In this document: piece by piece, positions 8,631-18,828 of the stretch
Layout: every line of letters begins with the position of its first letter
How positions within the stretch are numbered: the first letter of the stretch is position 1
Assembly: GCA_963674965.2 (NCBI GenBank)
Contig: CAXXFL010000005.1
Coordinates: forward strand, 224,001 to 288,000
From: a bacterium
GTDB taxonomy: Bacteria; RBG-13-61-14; DATKZS01
Direction: 5' to 3'
Length of the DNA: 64,000 nt
Program-made: the position numbers and the translations under genes
The notes under the pieces: generated by a model
Told to the model about the DNA's origin: nothing
Database searches by the model: none
What the model saw: only the letters and a program-made list of their open reading frames with translations

Positions 8631-10766
8631 ATGGCGGATCAACCCGGGCAAAGCGCGATAAAAAGCTTCATTACCTTGCTCAGTTTTTTAATTGCCCTGG
8701 CGCTGGCGACGTACAAGCTTTACGACGCCGTTGGCCGCTTGAATCCCAGGGAAGACGCTTGGAGTAAATACGCGATGGCAAACGGTCCTTACGTTCTGGA
8801 CGTGAACTCGACCCTTGGCCGCCTCCTTTCGGAGGAGGACACGGACCACGACGACAAGATAACCATTGACGACGAGGAAAAGGGGGACGGGAGCAAAGGT
8901 GACAAGGTCTTCGTCATGAAAGACAAGAGCGGTTCCGAGCTGAGGGTAAGGGGGACCTACGCGTTGTCCGTCCTCCTCCAGGAATTGTCGCTCGCTCGGG
9001 ACTCGGGCAAGGACATGCTCGCGTTGCCGCGGAGCATTCTCGAGGAGGACCCGGTCGCCAGGATATCAAGGCTCATCCGGACCATGTACTGGGACAACCT
9101 CACCCGGCGGGTGGACGCCGGCGGGCTCTTGCTTTTGTCCCGCGACGAAAAGTCGGTTTCCCGGGACGGGGCCATCCGGGTCTACGTTCCGCCGGACGAT
9201 CCCGGGGCGATAGCTTATTTCCAGTCGGCCGCCGCCGGGGACCCGGAACTGGAGGTAAAGGTCGAGATACTGCCGGAGAAAATAACACCCGAGTACGTCC
9301 GGTCCCTTGACGGAAAGCACGGCGTCTTGACGCTTCGGCTGGAGGAGGGACCCGATGGCAAGGGCCTTCGGGGAACTCCCTTCGTGGCCCCGGGCGGACG
9401 CTTTAACGAGATGTACGGCTGGGACAGCTATTTCGAGGCCCTGGGACTGATCCAGGACGGACGGCTCGATCTGGCCCAGGCCATGGTGGACAACTTCGTC
9501 TACCAGATAAACCATTACGGCAAGATATTGAACGCCAACCGCACCTATTACCTTACCCGCTCTCAGCCCCCCTTTTTGACCTCGATGGCCATGGCCGTTT
9601 ACAGGGCCGGCGTTGACAAGTCGGGCGATTCCCCGGCCAAAAGGGAATGGCTGGCGACTGCCCTTCTCGCGGCCATTAAGGAATACGACCAGGTCTGGAT
9701 ATCCTCGCCCCGGGCCATGAAAATGGGATTGTCGCGCTATTACGGGGAGGGCCAGGGGCCGTGTCCCGAGGTCGAGCCCGGCCATTACGACGAGATACTG
9801 AAGCCCTACGCGGACAAGGTGGGCGTCTCGCCGGCGGAGTACCTCGAAGGATACCTGGCGGGAACGTATCGGGACAAAACACTCGAGGAATTCTTCGTCC
9901 ACGACCGCTCGGTCCGGGAGTCCGGGCACGACACCACCTACCGGTTCGACGACCGGACGGCGGACTTCGCCACCGTTGATTTGAATTCACTTCTCTACAA
10001 GTACGAGACGGACCTGGCCTGGGCCATCGCGAATATCTTCCAAGACGGAGACTCCCTGGGCCCGGCCGGCGCGGCCCTGGCGCTGGAATCGGCGGAAAAA
10101 TGGGAGGAGAGGGCGAAGGACCGAAGGCTGGCCGCGGACCGGTACCTGTGGGACGGGGAGAAGGGCATGTACTTCGACTACGACGCGTCGAGGAGGCGGA
10201 CCTCGGACTACGTCAGCGCGGCGGCGTTTTATCCGCTCTGGGCCGGGCTGGCGAGCGAGGAGCAGGCGAGGAGAGTGGTGGAGAACGCCCTGCCCCTTTT
10301 GGAGGAGCCCGGCGGCGTCGCCGCCTCCACCGAGGACTCGAGGGGACCCATAACCGCCGAGCGTCCCCAGCGCCAATGGGACTACCCTTACGGATGGGCC
10401 CCTCACCAGATGCTGGTATGGGAGGGGCTGAGAAAACACGGTTACGGCCGGGAGGCCGACCGGCTGACCTACAAGTGGCTTTACATGATCACCCGAAACG
10501 CCGCCGACTATAACGGGACCATCCCCGAGAAATACGACGTGGTGAGCATGACCCATCGGATTTTCGCCGAGTACGGCAACGTGGGGACCAAGTTCAGCTA
10601 CGTTACCAAGGAGGGTTTCGGCTGGATGAACGCCTCTTATCAGGTGGGCCTTGCCTCCCTGCCGGATGAATTGAAGGACAAATTGAAAAAACTGACGCCG
10701 CCGGAGGAGGCGCTAAGCCAGGACCAAGCCGAGTCTAAGGCGGGGCTTCCAGAACGTCGAGAATGA
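8631..10766 (+). CDS. Alpha,alpha-trehalase (GH37), neutral-trehalase type with a Ca-binding motif and N-terminal anchor
   Basis: SD AGGAGG; DTDHDDKITIDD, PGGRFNEMYGWDSYF, NANRTYYLTRSQPP, RESGHDTT, QWDYPYGWAPHQ, EGFGWMN. Confidence 0.93.
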   Translation: MADQPGQSAIKSFITLLSFLIALALATYKLYDAVGRLNPREDAWSKYAMANGPYVLDVNSTLGRLLSEEDTDHDDKITIDDEEKGDGSKGDKVFVMKDKSGSELRVRGTYALSVLLQELSLARDSGKDMLALPRSILEEDPVARISRLIRTMYWDNLTRRVDAGGLLLLSRDEKSVSRDGAIRVYVPPDDPGAIAYFQSAAAGDPELEVKVEILPEKITPEYVRSLDGKHGVLTLRLEEGPDGKGLRGTPFVAPGGRFNEMYGWDSYFEALGLIQDGRLDLAQAMVDNFVYQINHYGKILNANRTYYLTRSQPPFLTSMAMAVYRAGVDKSGDSPAKREWLATALLAAIKEYDQVWISSPRAMKMGLSRYYGEGQGPCPEVEPGHYDEILKPYADKVGVSPAEYLEGYLAGTYRDKTLEEFFVHDRSVRESGHDTTYRFDDRTADFATVDLNSLLYKYETDLAWAIANIFQDGDSLGPAGAALALESAEKWEERAKDRRLAADRYLWDGEKGMYFDYDASRRRTSDYVSAAAFYPLWAGLASEEQARRVVENALPLLEEPGGVAASTEDSRGPITAERPQRQWDYPYGWAPHQMLVWEGLRKHGYGREADRLTYKWLYMITRNAADYNGTIPEKYDVVSMTHRIFAEYGNVGTKFSYVTKEGFGWMNASYQVGLASLPDELKDKLKKLTPPEEALSQDQAESKAGLPERRE

Positions 10767-13218
10767 AGTAGAACTCGCTTCCTCTTCCCGGCTCGCTTTC
10801 CGCTCCGATCTCGCCCTTGTGATAGTCGATGATCTCCTTGGCAAGGGCCAGGCCAAGACCGCTTCCCTCGCCCTTGTCCCTTTGCTCCTTGTGGGCCTGG
10901 TGGAACTTGTCGAACACGAAGGGAAGTTCCTCCGCGGGGATGCCCTTGCCGTTGTCCCTTACGAAGACCTTGACCCTGTGGCCGCCGTCCGGTCCCGGGA
11001 TTATTTTGGTCCCGACGGCGACGCTTCCGCCCTGGGGGGTAAACTTGACGGCGTTCGAGGCCAGGTTGGAAAGCACCTGGGCCAGTCGGTCTCGATGTCC
11101 CTTGACCATGACCGGGCCCGTGGGGGCGATCTCGCCTAGCTCGACGTTCTTGGCCTCGGCGGCGGCCGTGAAGACGTTGACGCAATCCAGGGTCAGTTCG
11201 GTCACGTCAACCTCCTCGAACTCGAGCGAGATTCTGCCCGCCTCGAAGCGCTGGAGATCGAGCAGGTCGTTAATGAGCCTGGTGAGTCTCTCGCCCTCCT
11301 TGATGATGATGGAAAGGTACTCCTTTTGCGCCTCCGGCTTCAGTTGTTCGAGCCGGTCGAAGAGCACGTAGGCGTAACCCATGATGCCGGTCATGGGCGT
11401 GCGCAGGTCGTGGGAGACCATGTGGAGAAGGTTGTCCTTCAACTCGTTTACCCTCTGCAGTTCCCGATAGGAGGTCTCGAGCTCGATCATGCTTTTGAGT
11501 TCCTCGACTTTTCTGGCGTTCTCGATGGACACCGCCGTCTGAAGCATCAGGGTCTCGAGCAGCTCAATGTCCTCGCTCGAGTAAAGGCCCCCCGACTTTT
11601 TCTCGCCCAGGAAAAGGGCCCCGATGATTTTGTCCTCATACGGGACGGGCACGGCCAGCGCGGCCTTGTAGTCGTTCATGGCCTCGATGCATTTCAATAT
11701 GTCATCTCTTTGCTCCCCGTCCTCGCTCCCGTATCGAAGCTGAAAGGGGCGCCGCTTGCTTTCCAGCCTGGCGGGCAGGGGGTGGTCCGGCGCGAGATCG
11801 GGCAAGCCCGCGTCCGTTCCATGGCCCAGGGAGGCGACGGGTTTTAAAACGCCCTCGATGGGATCGAGCAGCATAATAAGGCCCCGCTCGATTTTCATGG
11901 ACTCGATCGTCACCTCGAGTATCCGGTCGAGAAGCGGCTGAAGCTCGACGATGCTGACGAGGACGGCGCTGGCCTTGCGGATGGTTTGCTGGTACTCGTG
12001 GGCGTCGCGGAAAAAGCGCCGGTCCAGGAAGCCGTCGATCCTGTTGTGCATGGGCCGGAAAAGGGCCATGACCACGATGGTGGAGACGATGGCCGCGAGC
12101 TGGGAGGACTGGCCGGTGAATTTATTGAGCAGGACGCTCAGGGCCCCGATGAGAAGGAAGAATATGGCCGCCACCAGGCCGCTGACGATGATATAGCCCG
12201 CGCTCCGGCGGATGAAGACGTCCACGTCGAAAAGGTTGTTGGCCACGATGGCGTAGCCCATGGAAAAGGGTATCGCCGCCAGGAAGGGCAGGCCCCAGAA
12301 AAAGCTTATCTTGCTGAAAAGGACCGTGCCCACGATTATGGTCGCGCCGGCCAGGAAGGCCGTCACCAACCCGTAGATGACCATCTTGGACTTCTGCCGG
12401 GCCGCCGCGTCGGCCGATGAGTTGAACGACCGGACCATGAGGTACGTGCCGATCGAGCCGGTTATAACCATGTTGCCGTTGTGGACGGCGTCGAGGACGC
12501 GAAACAGCGCCGGGTCCATGAAGAAGTAGTTGTAAAGGAAAATGATCGCCCCGGACGAAACGGCCGCGTAGGCCAAAAGGTATCGCCTGATCGAACTGAC
12601 CACGGGGAAATAGCATCCCACCAGTAAAAAGGAGGGACCGATGAGGGGTAGGGTCTTGAGCATGAGCGAATTGGCGTGGTTGGTACAGTGCTCGGGAGCG
12701 GCGGCGAAACTTATTCCCCCCGCGAGGCAAAGAAAAAGAAAGGACCGGCTCGCGGCCAGGTTGGGCCTTAAATAAAACACGATGAGGCCCACGATGAAAA
12801 AGGCCCCTCCCGCGGCGATGCATATTATAAAGATGATGAAATAGTCGGCCCCGCTGAACCTGTCCACCGGTATGGACAGTTCCATTTCCCTGCCACCCCG
12901 GTTGATGGAGTAATTGACCGGAGTTCCCGGCTCGAGGGACGAAACCATGGCGTTGATCTCGTCCCCATTCGAGACGGGCGTTCCGTTGACCCGCTCGACG
13001 ACGTCGCCGAACTTGATCCCCCGCTGGAAGCCCTCCCACTCGGGAAGCCAGAGAACGGCGACGAACCGGTTCTGCATGACCAGGAAGCCGGGAAAAGGAC
13101 GGCCGAGCCATGAGGTGGTGGCGGCGAAGCTGAAAACGATCAGCGCCACGAAGCCCGAGGCCAGGGTGAAGACGATGGCGTTCCTGATCGCGTTTGATAT
13201 CCTGATCGGGTTAGTCAT
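10735..13218 (-). CDS. Membrane sensor histidine kinase (periplasmic PDZ, multi-TM, GAF, HisKA, HATPase)
   Basis: GIKFGDVVERVNG (PDZ), GAF with YSSEDIELL, SHDLRTP H-box, NAVKFT, DNGKGI, GSGLGL. Confidence 0.92.
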   Translation of the reverse strand: MTNPIRISNAIRNAIVFTLASGFVALIVFSFAATTSWLGRPFPGFLVMQNRFVAVLWLPEWEGFQRGIKFGDVVERVNGTPVSNGDEINAMVSSLEPGTPVNYSINRGGREMELSIPVDRFSGADYFIIFIICIAAGGAFFIVGLIVFYLRPNLAASRSFLFLCLAGGISFAAAPEHCTNHANSLMLKTLPLIGPSFLLVGCYFPVVSSIRRYLLAYAAVSSGAIIFLYNYFFMDPALFRVLDAVHNGNMVITGSIGTYLMVRSFNSSADAAARQKSKMVIYGLVTAFLAGATIIVGTVLFSKISFFWGLPFLAAIPFSMGYAIVANNLFDVDVFIRRSAGYIIVSGLVAAIFFLLIGALSVLLNKFTGQSSQLAAIVSTIVVMALFRPMHNRIDGFLDRRFFRDAHEYQQTIRKASAVLVSIVELQPLLDRILEVTIESMKIERGLIMLLDPIEGVLKPVASLGHGTDAGLPDLAPDHPLPARLESKRRPFQLRYGSEDGEQRDDILKCIEAMNDYKAALAVPVPYEDKIIGALFLGEKKSGGLYSSEDIELLETLMLQTAVSIENARKVEELKSMIELETSYRELQRVNELKDNLLHMVSHDLRTPMTGIMGYAYVLFDRLEQLKPEAQKEYLSIIIKEGERLTRLINDLLDLQRFEAGRISLEFEEVDVTELTLDCVNVFTAAAEAKNVELGEIAPTGPVMVKGHRDRLAQVLSNLASNAVKFTPQGGSVAVGTKIIPGPDGGHRVKVFVRDNGKGIPAEELPFVFDKFHQAHKEQRDKGEGSGLGLALAKEIIDYHKGEIGAESEPGRGSEFYFILDVLEAPP

Positions 13219-13320
13219 GTGATTCGGCCCGAAACGGCTTTTTGCCGACGGTCAAAATAAGATAGCTCGCGCCCATCAAGATCGCAATTATGGGCTTTCT
13301 TAAATTTTCGGGACGCCGTC

Positions 13321-13734
13321 TCAGGCCTGGGCTTTTATTTGCTTCGCCCTCGAGCCGGCCGCCCCTCCCCTTTGCAGCATGGATTTAACCTTGCTCTCCA
13401 GCTCCGAGGGGTTGAAAGGCTTGTTCATAATATCGTCGGCGCCGGCCTTGCTCATGGCCGTCTGGGCCGTTATGCCCGTGCGCGAGGTCAGGAAAAGCAC
13501 CTTGATGCTTTCCCCGAAAGGGTTGGCCTTGATGTTCTTGCACACCTCGTAGCCCGTGAGCTTGGGCATCATAACGTCGAGGATGACCAGATCGGGCTTC
13601 TTGGAAATGGCCTCCTCCAGGGCGTCCCGCCCGTTGTCGGCCTCGAAAAGCTCGTAGTCCGAGCCCTCCAGGCTGAGCCTGACCAATCGCCTGATGTCCT
13701 CGTTGTCCTCGGCGATTAAAATTTTCTTCGCCAT
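13321..13734 (-). CDS. Single-domain response regulator
   Basis: ILIAEDN, LDVMMP, FLTS, KPF; lies directly upstream of the kinase. Confidence 0.92.
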   Translation of the reverse strand: MAKKILIAEDNEDIRRLVRLSLEGSDYELFEADNGRDALEEAISKKPDLVILDVMMPKLTGYEVCKNIKANPFGESIKVLFLTSRTGITAQTAMSKAGADDIMNKPFNPSELESKVKSMLQRGGAAGSRAKQIKAQA

Positions 13735-13943
13735 CTCAATTCCCCCTTGAAGCGGCGGCTGAACCGATTTATCAGGAAGCTCCCGTCAAAAAAGGTGCAA
13801 AAAGCGATTTCCCCTCATCACTTAGTCGACCTTTACGACCACGCCTGATAACGATTATTTTCCTCCGGAAAGGAAGCTCGTTTAGGATGGTTCTCGCGGG
13901 TTGCCTGAACCTTTTCGAAAAAATGCCCCGTATCGAAGAAAAG

Positions 13944-13972
13944 ATTCTTGCACTATTGCATCATTTTGTCAA
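13944..13972 (-). promoter_or_regulatory. Sigma70-type promoter for the regulator-kinase pair
   Basis: Minus strand TTGACA-N17-AAGAAT. Confidence 0.45.
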
Positions 13973-14265
13973 GATCGGAGAAGTCAAGGCGTAATCCTCG
14001 AGCCCGAAAAAGAACAAGAAGGCGCGCCGGTAATTAAAAACGTCGCGCCCCTTTCATAAAGATAACGAGCGTGATATATTGGTAAAGAGAGAGAAGGACT
14101 GGGGAAGGGACGCCCCATTTATCTTGCCATTTAAATAAACGCCCGGCCGGGAACCCAAACGCTTTCGATCGTTTTTCGATCCTTCGCGTCGGGCGCGTTT
14201 GCTCGCCTTGATTTTACGACCGGCGCCCCTGGCCGGCGATCAAGGCCGTGAGGACATGGGCCCTA

Positions 14266-15789
14266 ATGAAAATCCTTGGTATCAATCCAAAGGACTTCTA
14301 CACCGGCTGGCCGGTGCAGAGCGACTTTGGAAGAGAATTGTACCGTTGCCCGTCTTTGACTTTTCCCGTTCTTGACGCGCTTCTGGACGATGGCCACGAG
14401 ACGCGTTTCTTCGACGGCTTCTTCGACGACCGGCCCTTTAAGACCTACATGGAACTCATCAAGTGGGCCGACGTGGTGGGCATGAACATAGCCTCGAACT
14501 ACGGCGCTCTCAATTACGCCATCCTTATCCGGCAAATAAAGCGCCTTAACCCGGGGGCCTTCATCATGGCCGGCGGGCACCACGCCAACATGTTTCCCCA
14601 GCGCTGGCTGGACATGGGCGTGAACCTCATCGCCACCGGCGAGTCCGAGCTCATGTACGCCGACCTCATCCGGGAGATCGAGGGGAAAAGACGCTTCGAC
14701 AAGGTGCCCGGCGTGGCCTGGAAGGAGGATGGAGAGTTCGTCCGTACCCCTTCCCCTCCCCAGCTCGAGTTTCTTGACGAGTCGCCCTATCCGAACTGGG
14801 ACATGGTCAACTTCGAGGCCCATCCCTGCCGCGTGAGCGGAAAGAAAGGATACGTGGGCGCCATCGAGACCTCGAGGGGATGCCAGTTCCGCTGTAAGTT
14901 CTGCGCCACTCCCGTCTACTGGAAGGGGACCCAGCGCTACAAGTCCATATCCCGAGTATTGAGGGAGGCCGAGAACCTGCTCGAGAGGAAAGTCAGCCAG
15001 ATTAACGTGGTCGACGACGGGTTCGGAAACGACGTCGAGTACGCCATCGAGCTGGCCGACGCCTTCCGCCGCATGGACCGGGACTTCATATGGAACGCCT
15101 TCCTGCGGGTTGACACCGTTCTCAAGCGGCCCGACCTCATCGACAAGCTGGGCCGGTCCGGCTTTACCGCCACCCTCCTCGGTTTCGAGTCCCTGAACGA
15201 GGAGGTCCTGGCCCGGACCATGGGCAAGGGGATGCGAGTCAAGCCCACCATCAGGGACCTCCAGGAGCTCTATAAGCGGTTCCGCAAAAACAATATCCTC
15301 GTGGTGGGGGTCTTCATTTCCGGCCATCCGGACATTAAAAAGGAGCAGGAAAGCTCCTACCTCGAGGCGAGGACCGTGTGCGACGATCCCCGATTGGCGG
15401 ATTATATGCCCACGCCCGGGACCATCGGGTTCGACGAGTTGGCCAGCCGCCACGAGATGAAGGACATGTTCTTTCACGACGTCAAGCTGCCGGTTTTCGA
15501 CAGGCAATCCCCCGAGGCCTTCAGGTTCAACGTCATGAATATCCTTGACGTCCCCCGCTCCATCCGCATGCTGGCCGGCTCGCCCATGCACAGGATGTAT
15601 TTCCTCCGAAGTCATAAGCGGCTGTGGACCAAGCTTTTTCGCGTCAACCGGCGAAAACTCCAGGACTTGGCCCTGCTTAAAAATTGCGCCAAGACCGCGG
15701 ACCAGAGGCAGGAGGAATTATTCCAGAGGTATCTTAACCCCGAGTTCGACGCGTGGCTCGACTCCCAAGCCGACAGGGTCTGGTGCTGA
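14266..15789 (+). CDS. Cobalamin-binding radical SAM protein (class B methyltransferase-like)
   Basis: GGHHA and GESE B12-binding motifs; ETSRGCQFRCKFC (CxxxCxxC); LGFES. Confidence 0.9.
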   Translation: MKILGINPKDFYTGWPVQSDFGRELYRCPSLTFPVLDALLDDGHETRFFDGFFDDRPFKTYMELIKWADVVGMNIASNYGALNYAILIRQIKRLNPGAFIMAGGHHANMFPQRWLDMGVNLIATGESELMYADLIREIEGKRRFDKVPGVAWKEDGEFVRTPSPPQLEFLDESPYPNWDMVNFEAHPCRVSGKKGYVGAIETSRGCQFRCKFCATPVYWKGTQRYKSISRVLREAENLLERKVSQINVVDDGFGNDVEYAIELADAFRRMDRDFIWNAFLRVDTVLKRPDLIDKLGRSGFTATLLGFESLNEEVLARTMGKGMRVKPTIRDLQELYKRFRKNNILVVGVFISGHPDIKKEQESSYLEARTVCDDPRLADYMPTPGTIGFDELASRHEMKDMFFHDVKLPVFDRQSPEAFRFNVMNILDVPRSIRMLAGSPMHRMYFLRSHKRLWTKLFRVNRRKLQDLALLKNCAKTADQRQEELFQRYLNPEFDAWLDSQADRVWC

Positions 15790-15838
15790 GAGGGTTATTC
15801 TCCATCCGCGAAGGGAAGCAAGTTAATTCGGTCAGCGG

Positions 15839-16065
15839 TTACTCGAGGTCCCATTTAATCTGGAACTCGATCTCCTCCTCCTTTTTGCCTCGCTCGTGCT
15901 CGACGTTAACGGCCGCGTCGGCCGGCACGTACACGCGCTCTCCCGCGATCTGGATATTGAGGCGCTTTCCTTCCTCGAGGCAGTCCGCCAGCCGGCGAAG
16001 CTTGGCGATAAACTGCTTTTAGGGTAGGTCTTCTCAAGGTCTCGTTTCTTTTTCGTGACCGCCAT
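15839..16065 (-). pseudogene. Amphi-Trp domain protein with a -1 frameshift in an A4 run (16017-16020)
   Basis: Adding one A gives MAVTKKKRDLEKTYPKKQFIAKLRRLADCLEEGKRLNIQIAGERVYVPADAAVNVEHERGKKEEEIEFQIKWDLE*; SD AAGGAG present. Confidence 0.8.
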
Positions 16066-16261
16066 TTCTTCTCCTTTCAGTCCGATTTCCCCGCGGGGCG
16101 CGAGGTCTTTGCCATTTTAGACCAAAAGCGGAAAGAGCCGTAAAGCCAGGATATGCTATCAAGCTAATAAGGGAACGGGAAAGCGTCCACGCCTCTCATG
16201 ATCGAGGTTAAATCCCGGCGACGCAACCCGCCTCAATCTTTGAAAATATTACGCGCTCTTC

Positions 16262-17059
16262 TTAGTCGTCGTCCTTCTTGACCCTGGTCCAATACTCCCG
16301 GTTGAGGGAAAGAAGGAGCTTGGCGGGGTTGCCCGCGGGCGAGAAGTGCATCTGGCTGGCGTGGGCCAGGCAGGCCATGCGTTTGAGTCGCTTCACGTCC
16401 TTGATGCCAACGTCGAAGTCCGGCTTGGCCGGGACCGCCTTCCTGTCGGGTCTTTTAACGGCCATGACTATTTTATAGATGGGACCGGGCAAGGTCGGGT
16501 AGAAAAGCAGTTGGGCCCGGCTTTGCCGAAATGCCTCGGTCACGATCCTCGAGCAGGCGATATGGTCGGGATGGCCCGTGATTCCCGCGGGGTCGTGGGT
16601 GATGATTATCTCCGCTCCCACTTCATCGATCACGTCCAGGACGTCGGCCCTGAGCTGGTCCTGGTCCTGGTCGGGTATGGTCATATCGTCATAAGTCCAG
16701 TTGATCACGCGCTCCGCCTGAAGCACGGCCGCCGCCGTCTCGAGTTCCTTCATCCGGATGGCCGCGAGATGATCCACGCCGATGCCCAGGTCCCCGGCCT
16801 GCTCGATCCAGTCGCCCCGGCAAAGGCAAAGAACGTATACCCGGACGCGGGGGTCCTTCTTCAGCTTGATGACCGTGCCCCCGCCGTAAAGGCTCTCGTC
16901 GTCCTGGTGGGCGAAAACGAGAAGCACGTCTATCTTGCCGTCCGGTCCCGGCTTCACGCCCTCCAGCATGTCGCCCTCCGGGACCAGGGCCAGCGCGTTA
17001 AAGCTGAGTAGCAAAGTTGACGCGAAGGCGATGAGCGTTTTAACTATCTTCAAAACCAT
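16262..17059 (-). CDS. PIG-L/LmbE-family deacetylase with signal peptide
   Basis: VFAHQDDE, R.KE, GHPDH, AHASQ. Confidence 0.9.
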   Translation of the reverse strand: MVLKIVKTLIAFASTLLLSFNALALVPEGDMLEGVKPGPDGKIDVLLVFAHQDDESLYGGGTVIKLKKDPRVRVYVLCLCRGDWIEQAGDLGIGVDHLAAIRMKELETAAAVLQAERVINWTYDDMTIPDQDQDQLRADVLDVIDEVGAEIIITHDPAGITGHPDHIACSRIVTEAFRQSRAQLLFYPTLPGPIYKIVMAVKRPDRKAVPAKPDFDVGIKDVKRLKRMACLAHASQMHFSPAGNPAKLLLSLNREYWTRVKKDDD

Positions 17060-18089
17060 CCTCCTTTTCCCTTGTCTCTTCCGGAGAATCCATGGCGTCC
17101 GGGCCGGCGCGGCGGAAGTCGTCCATGGCCCAGTGCAGGCAGGCCACTCCCGTCGTCGCCCGAAGGAACTTGGTGGAAACGGTCCAGAGCAGGCTGAAGG
17201 CGATAAGGGTCCCGTCCGGGACCAGCCCGTGGAAGAAATACAGCCAGGCCGCCTGGGTCGTGCCCAGTCTCATCACCGTGATGGGAAGGGCCCCTATTAG
17301 ATAGATAAGCGGAAGATACGCCAGTATCCTGGACAACTCGACCTCGACGCCGAAGGCCATGAGTCCGAGCCAGGTCCCAAGGACGTCGAACGTGAAGGCG
17401 CCCAACTTTATGCCCAGCACCTGGGCGATGTATGAGGCCCTTAGTTTCGAGAACGTGACGAATGGTCCCTTGAACAGCCAGGAGAAAATCCTCGCCTCGG
17501 GCTTTACGGACCAGATTACGTTCAAGCCCATGAAGACGAGGAAGGTCAGCGTCACGAGCCGGACGGCGTGGCCCGCGGGACTCGAGATGAAGAAGTCGGC
17601 CGCTCCTATCTCCGGCGTGAGCGCCAGCCCCGCCAGGCTCACCGTGAAGATGGTGAACAAGTCCATGTAAAAGAGGAAGAAGACCGGACCGGTCGCTGTC
17701 TTGACTCCGATCTTTTTCTTTTTCGCCAGCCAATAGCCCATGCCTCCCACGCCGAGGGCGAAGTTGAGCATGTTGAGGATAAAGGTGGCGCCCTTTGGAA
17801 CCAGCACCTCGATGAAGCCGGTCCTGGCCGCCATCCAGTTGAAGACCAGGTAATGGCAAAGAACGTCGGCCAGAAAGTAGGCGGTGAAGTCCGCCGCCAG
17901 GATGGGTACCCACCAGGCGAGGTTGACCGAGGCGATAGCGTCCTTGCACTCGGAAAGGGGGACCTTCTTGAAAATGAGATAAAAGATCGCCGCCGTCGCG
18001 GCCCAGGGGACGATAGTCTTCACCAACCGCCAGGCCAAGGCGCCGGTGGAAGACCTCCCGGTTTTCTCGTCTCTTATCGTCTCATCCAT
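17040..18089 (-). CDS. UPF0104 / lysylphosphatidylglycerol synthase TM-like flippase
   Basis: About 8 TM; LPITVMRLGTTQAAW motif; paralog of 43457-44461. Confidence 0.8.
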   Translation of the reverse strand: MDETIRDEKTGRSSTGALAWRLVKTIVPWAATAAIFYLIFKKVPLSECKDAIASVNLAWWVPILAADFTAYFLADVLCHYLVFNWMAARTGFIEVLVPKGATFILNMLNFALGVGGMGYWLAKKKKIGVKTATGPVFFLFYMDLFTIFTVSLAGLALTPEIGAADFFISSPAGHAVRLVTLTFLVFMGLNVIWSVKPEARIFSWLFKGPFVTFSKLRASYIAQVLGIKLGAFTFDVLGTWLGLMAFGVEVELSRILAYLPLIYLIGALPITVMRLGTTQAAWLYFFHGLVPDGTLIAFSLLWTVSTKFLRATTGVACLHWAMDDFRRAGPDAMDSPEETREKEDGFEDS

Positions 18090-18205
18090 GCCTTATTCTC
18101 GGTTTACCGCATAGTCCGGACGGCAATTGCGCCGCCCCTTGAGGCAGTATACGTCCCCTGTGCGATTAAGGGGAAATGGGAGAGTCAACCCTCCTCGAGG
18201 CTTGG

Positions 18206-18796
18206 CTATTTTATCTTCTTCACCGACCGTATCGAGGCCATCTCTCTTTTTTGGTGCATGGGGAAGAAACCTTCCTTGACGGCCTTAATGTCCCCGACTG
18301 AATAAAAGGCGTTGGGGTTGTATTGTTTAATAATCCAGACTACTTCCTCCAGGTCTCGTCGTTTGATAATAGTGAAAATTATTCTGACCTTTCCTTTCGT
18401 GCCCCGGGCCGCCACGCTGGTGACGCCAAATTCCTCATCCCGCAGATGGTTGATAAGTTTCGTGGCGTCTCGTTGGGTGATGACGTTCACAACCAGGTGG
18501 CCCATGGCTATCTTGTTCTCGAGCGCGATGCCCACATAGTTGCCCATGGCGAACCCTCCGGCGTAAGCTATGTACATGAGACAATTGGATAGGTTCTGCA
18601 TGATCTGGGTAATGGCGATCAGCCAGATGAGTACCTCGAAGAAGCCGCAGATCCCGGCTAAAATCTTCATGCCCTTGGCCACGTATATAATCCTGATGGT
18701 GCCGATGGTCACGTCGATCACCCTGGCCAGGAATATCAAAAGGGGCAGGACCACCCAGGTGAAGGTGGCGTCGCTGAATAATGAATGAAGGTCCAA
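18206..18796 (-). CDS. DUF2179/UPF0316 membrane protein
   Basis: IFLARVIDVTIGTIR, GFFEVLIW, YAGGFAMGNYVG, NPNAFYS; TTG start with SD AAGGAGG. Confidence 0.9.
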   Translation of the reverse strand: MDLHSLFSDATFTWVVLPLLIFLARVIDVTIGTIRIIYVAKGMKILAGICGFFEVLIWLIAITQIMQNLSNCLMYIAYAGGFAMGNYVGIALENKIAMGHLVVNVITQRDATKLINHLRDEEFGVTSVAARGTKGKVRIIFTIIKRRDLEEVVWIIKQYNPNAFYSVGDIKAVKEGFFPMHQKREMASIRSVKKIK

Positions 18797-18828
18797 GCGC
18801 TTAGCCTCCTTTAACGTTTATTTTTCCC

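Noticed and set aside
13740-14250. Riboswitch (c-di-GMP or cobalamin) in the divergent intergenic region
   Set aside because: No recognisable conserved cores on either strand by eye; an Rfam scan would be needed to exclude it
14263-15615. Long antisense and alternate-frame ORFs (also 28649-30046, 38031-39107, 50685-52514 and many others)
   Set aside because: Shadows of real GC-rich genes with no motifs and biased composition
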